NCBI GenBank assembly: GCA_964247055.1
Contig: OZ176056.1
Coordinates: 4,216,001-4,280,000, forward strand
Direction: 5' to 3'
From: Paragordius varius
Lineage: Eukaryota; Animalia; Nematomorpha
DNA length: 64,000 nt
Each line of letters begins with the position of its first letter. The first letter of the stretch is position 1. Below are positions 60,901 through 64,000 of this stretch, piece by piece. A model generated the notes under the pieces. That model saw only the letters and a list, made by a program, of their open reading frames with translations. It was not told the origin of the DNA and did not search any database. The position numbers and the translations under genes are program-made.

Positions 60901-62850
60901 AAAGTGCTAGGAAAATATTAAATATATCATTATTTTCAGAAAAAAATTCTCTATAAGATGTCGTAATTTTCACTCTGGTCTAAAAGAAAAGGATAAAATT
61001 TGTTGCACAGTGTAATCGCTCTTTGTTTTACATAAAGAGAAATCAATATTATTAAGTGAGACGATACCCCTACTAACTTTAATGTTTCCCACAAGGAGTC
61101 ATAGTTAATCGAACCGAAGTCTTGTCTGTAATCAATAAAACACATGTATAATTTTTTCTGGAACTCTCTAGATGTTTCCATTATCTTTCTCATGTTTGAG
61201 ATATGGTCTCTTGTGCTTTTTCCCTTCATAAATCCGACTTGATTTTCTGGTATTTCTGGCTGTATGATACTGTGCATCCTGTTTTATTTTTAGTAAGGCC
61301 TTACTAGCGTGGCTAATAAGTATATCCCGATAGTTCTCGCACTGGAATACAACTCCTTTTTTGTATATTGGGAGATATACACAAGATATCCAGTCGTTTG
61401 GCCACTCACATGTTCCACACCTTTTGACAAAACTTGTGTAACGTTTCTACAGGAATAGCTTTTATGAACTTTATTGGGATATTGTCTAATCCCATCGCTT
61501 TGTTGTTAGGAATTTGTTTTAAGGCTAATTCAACCTCCTCTTCTAGTATATCTGGATCAGTTTCTTCTTCTTCTTTTAATTGCAACACTTTTGCTTAAGG
61601 AGCCTCATAGAGTTTTTGGGTGTATTTCTTCCATCTTTCTCGTACTTCTGTTTGTTTGCACAATATGATGCCATTTTTTAATCTTTTGGGATGATATAAA
61701 AGGTTAATGATTACTTGCTCAGTTTCTGGAACATTGGTTGCATTAATCTTTTGTTATTTAATTCCACTTCCAGACATTGTTTATTAAGAAAATCTTCATA
61801 ATCCTTCCTTGTTTGTCGTTGAAATTCTTTGTTATATAATTTTACCATTTTTTTATCCTCTTAATTTAGCTTTTCTCCTCTTTTCTGCTATCTCTAAACT
61901 CTTTTCTGATATCCATTTGTTATCTTTTCTCTTTACTCTCTGCACTTTTTCTTTTGCCACTTCATTATTAACATTTTTTATCGTTCCCCATAATTGTTTT
62001 GAGCTACATTCGTTGTCCAATCTTTCTAATCATCTTTCGTTTCTGTTGTAAAACTATTTGGGATGTTCCAAGTGTCGTATCTGTATGTCTGTTTAACCTT
62101 ATTTTTAATTATTTTAAGTTTGATTTTGGTTACTAAAAGCTTATGATCGCTAGAGCAATCGATGCTTTTGCTTGTTTTGGTATCGAGTATAGAGCTTTTC
62201 CATTTTTGAGGACATATTATGTAATCAATTTGGGTCTTATATTTACCAAATGGAGAGGTCCATGTGTATAACCTCCTATTGTATTGTGGAAACCATGTAT
62301 TGGTTATCATCATCTCATTTTCTTGGCAAAAATTGATCACTGCTTCCCCGGCCTCGTTTCGTTCTCCCAATCCATATGGGCCAACTATTTGATCTACTCT
62401 ACCTCTACCAATTTTGCTGTTCTAATCATGATAATCATATCTCCTTTCTTCGTTTCATCCAAAACTATTTGCAACGTTGCATAAAAATCCTCTATGTCTT
62501 CTTTGGAAGCGTTTGACGTAGGAGCATAGACTACTATGTATGTAAATTTAAGTGGCTTGGCATTCAGCCTACTCATGATTCTGGGTGTATATGGTGTATA
62601 ACTAATGAAACTTTTTTTTAATTTGTTTTTATTAATACTGCAACGCCTTCTGATTGCTGGTCATCTCTCCTAATCTTAACAATGTATAATTTTCGTTTTG
62701 CGCTTTCGCGCTACCTTTTTGCTTGGTTTGCGTTAGACCCAGTATATCTAAGTTCAATCTTTACATTTCCTTTTCAATTATTACCTGTTTGGTTTCTGTT
62801 AATGACCTTAAGTTCCAGCATCCAACTTTGAAAAGTCGCGTTAAGTTCAT
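57970..62850 (-). mobile_element. Decayed LINE (RTE-like; AP endonuclease plus reverse transcriptase), split by a nested DNA transposon
   Basis: Minus-strand KVGCWNLRSL, LDILGL, IVVYAPT, YTWTSP..QIDYII, SDHKL (endonuclease); QVGFMKGKSTRDHI, CFIDY, GARQGCCLSPYLFN, RFADDT (RT); MLGYTWKDKIKNE (RTE-like C-terminus). Many stops and frameshifts. Ends approximate. Confidence 0.9.
58937..61012 (+). mobile_element. Chapaev3-like (CMC superfamily) internally deleted DNA transposon nested in the LINE
   Basis: TAA|CACTGTGCAAC...GTTGCACAGTG|TAA, with about 350-bp TIRs. Internal transposase remnant DQDKPWSPHSFCQTC* and EPMVWHEPKDHITDCYFC (~60090-60245). Removing the element and one TAA restores the LINE frame KQRAIIRTSAGDT. 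Confidence 0.85.
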
Positions 62851-64000
62851 ATAGTAAAACTATTTGGCAGTAATAAAACGAGGGTGGTTTGCCATTGCTT
62901 TTTTCATGTATGAAATCATGTGATTAAAAGCGGCAAGACATTCAAGGAGAGTATTATTTTACATTATTATATACTATAAATATATTTAAAAATATGTTTC
63001 CTTTAGTAAATATTAATCTTTATGTTTTGGAGAGTTTTTTATATTTGTTAATTTAAAGAGTAATATAATTTATAAGTCATTATAAATCATTGTTATACAT
63101 ATTATCTCTTTTCCTTCTCTCTACTCCTTGGTGCCTAATTATTTTTTTACTAGCCTAGCTATAAATTCCTTATATTTTTCTATTATGATTGCTAGACAGA
63201 GTGATATAATAATATTTATAATTTACACTAGTCGACAAATTTGGAAATTTTTAAGCACCACCACTAAAACTTTTTAAATTATGACTAATTTAAGTGTTTT
63301 AAAACCGAAGTTAAAATTTTTGATCCCGCCAATCAGAATTTTGAAATTATAGTTTTTTTAATTTTTCAAAAACAAGAGAAAATCGAGAGAAAATTAAATA
63401 TAACTTTAAAATAAAATGTTATTATATTATAAACTTAATATCATTTAATAAAGCGTTTTAAACTCTATCTTTTGAATATATATATGTCATTTAAATATCA
63501 GAGAGAAAAAAATAGTACGGACTTAAACGTCAAAATTTAGTCTTTTTTTTTCAAGTAAAATTTTAACACATATAAAAATTTTTTAAAAAAATACTAAAAA
63601 AGCCATTCTATGGTTTAAACCTTCGGCTTTCAGATAGGCTATATTTTTTTGTTAGATTTCGTTCTTTCGAGTACTTATTTGACTTTTTCTCTTGAGTTGG
63701 TTCTTATAAAAAATCCTTTATTTATACCTAGTGGATATACCTTATTTTTTTAAAATTATTGGTTGTTTTGTATTTTGAATTTCAGATGGATGTTGTGTAG
63801 CCACTTTTAGTAGAATTTATTGTTATGGGGTTGGACAATTTATATTTACCTAATTTATATTCAATTTAATTGTAGAATTTATCTAACTTTATTCTGTAAA
63901 TTGGTTGATTTGACATGTCAATTTGCCACGATTTTGCTTGCAAGTCTCTCTTATCGGACTTTACGATTACTTATTGTTATCTTTGCCATATCTGGCATAA

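Overview
Very AT-rich, intron-containing animal (invertebrate-like) genomic DNA; the species cannot be identified from the sequence. The ORF track misses the real gene structures, which were reconstructed by reading splice sites. (1) 1-25 kb: four two-exon genes (three on +, one on -) encoding 89-94 aa secreted peptides: signal peptide, one antistasin-like 6-Cys domain, then a Pro/Thr/Arg-rich cationic tail. A fifth orphan TATA box plus signal-peptide exon lies upstream of the minus-strand copy. Copies 1 and 2 sit in a segmental duplication. (2) 28-57.5 kb: three tandem GDP-L-fucose synthase (GFUS/TSTA3/FX) paralogs. A is complete (10 exons, 317 aa), B is complete except for an AG>AC acceptor at exon 9, and C lacks exons 9-10 in this window. 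All three have a 29-31 nt first coding intron and read TG(N/D)GL(V/L)G, one residue shorter than the canonical GxxGxxG. (3) Dense transposon content: a decayed PIF/Harbinger transposase, two hAT elements with perfect 8-bp TSDs, two Helitron-like elements plus a tandem array of their 5' termini, foldback/MITE elements, and an RTE-like LINE interrupted by a Chapaev3-like element with a 3-bp TSD. No rRNA, tRNA or CRISPR features were recognised. Identities quoted are by-eye estimates.
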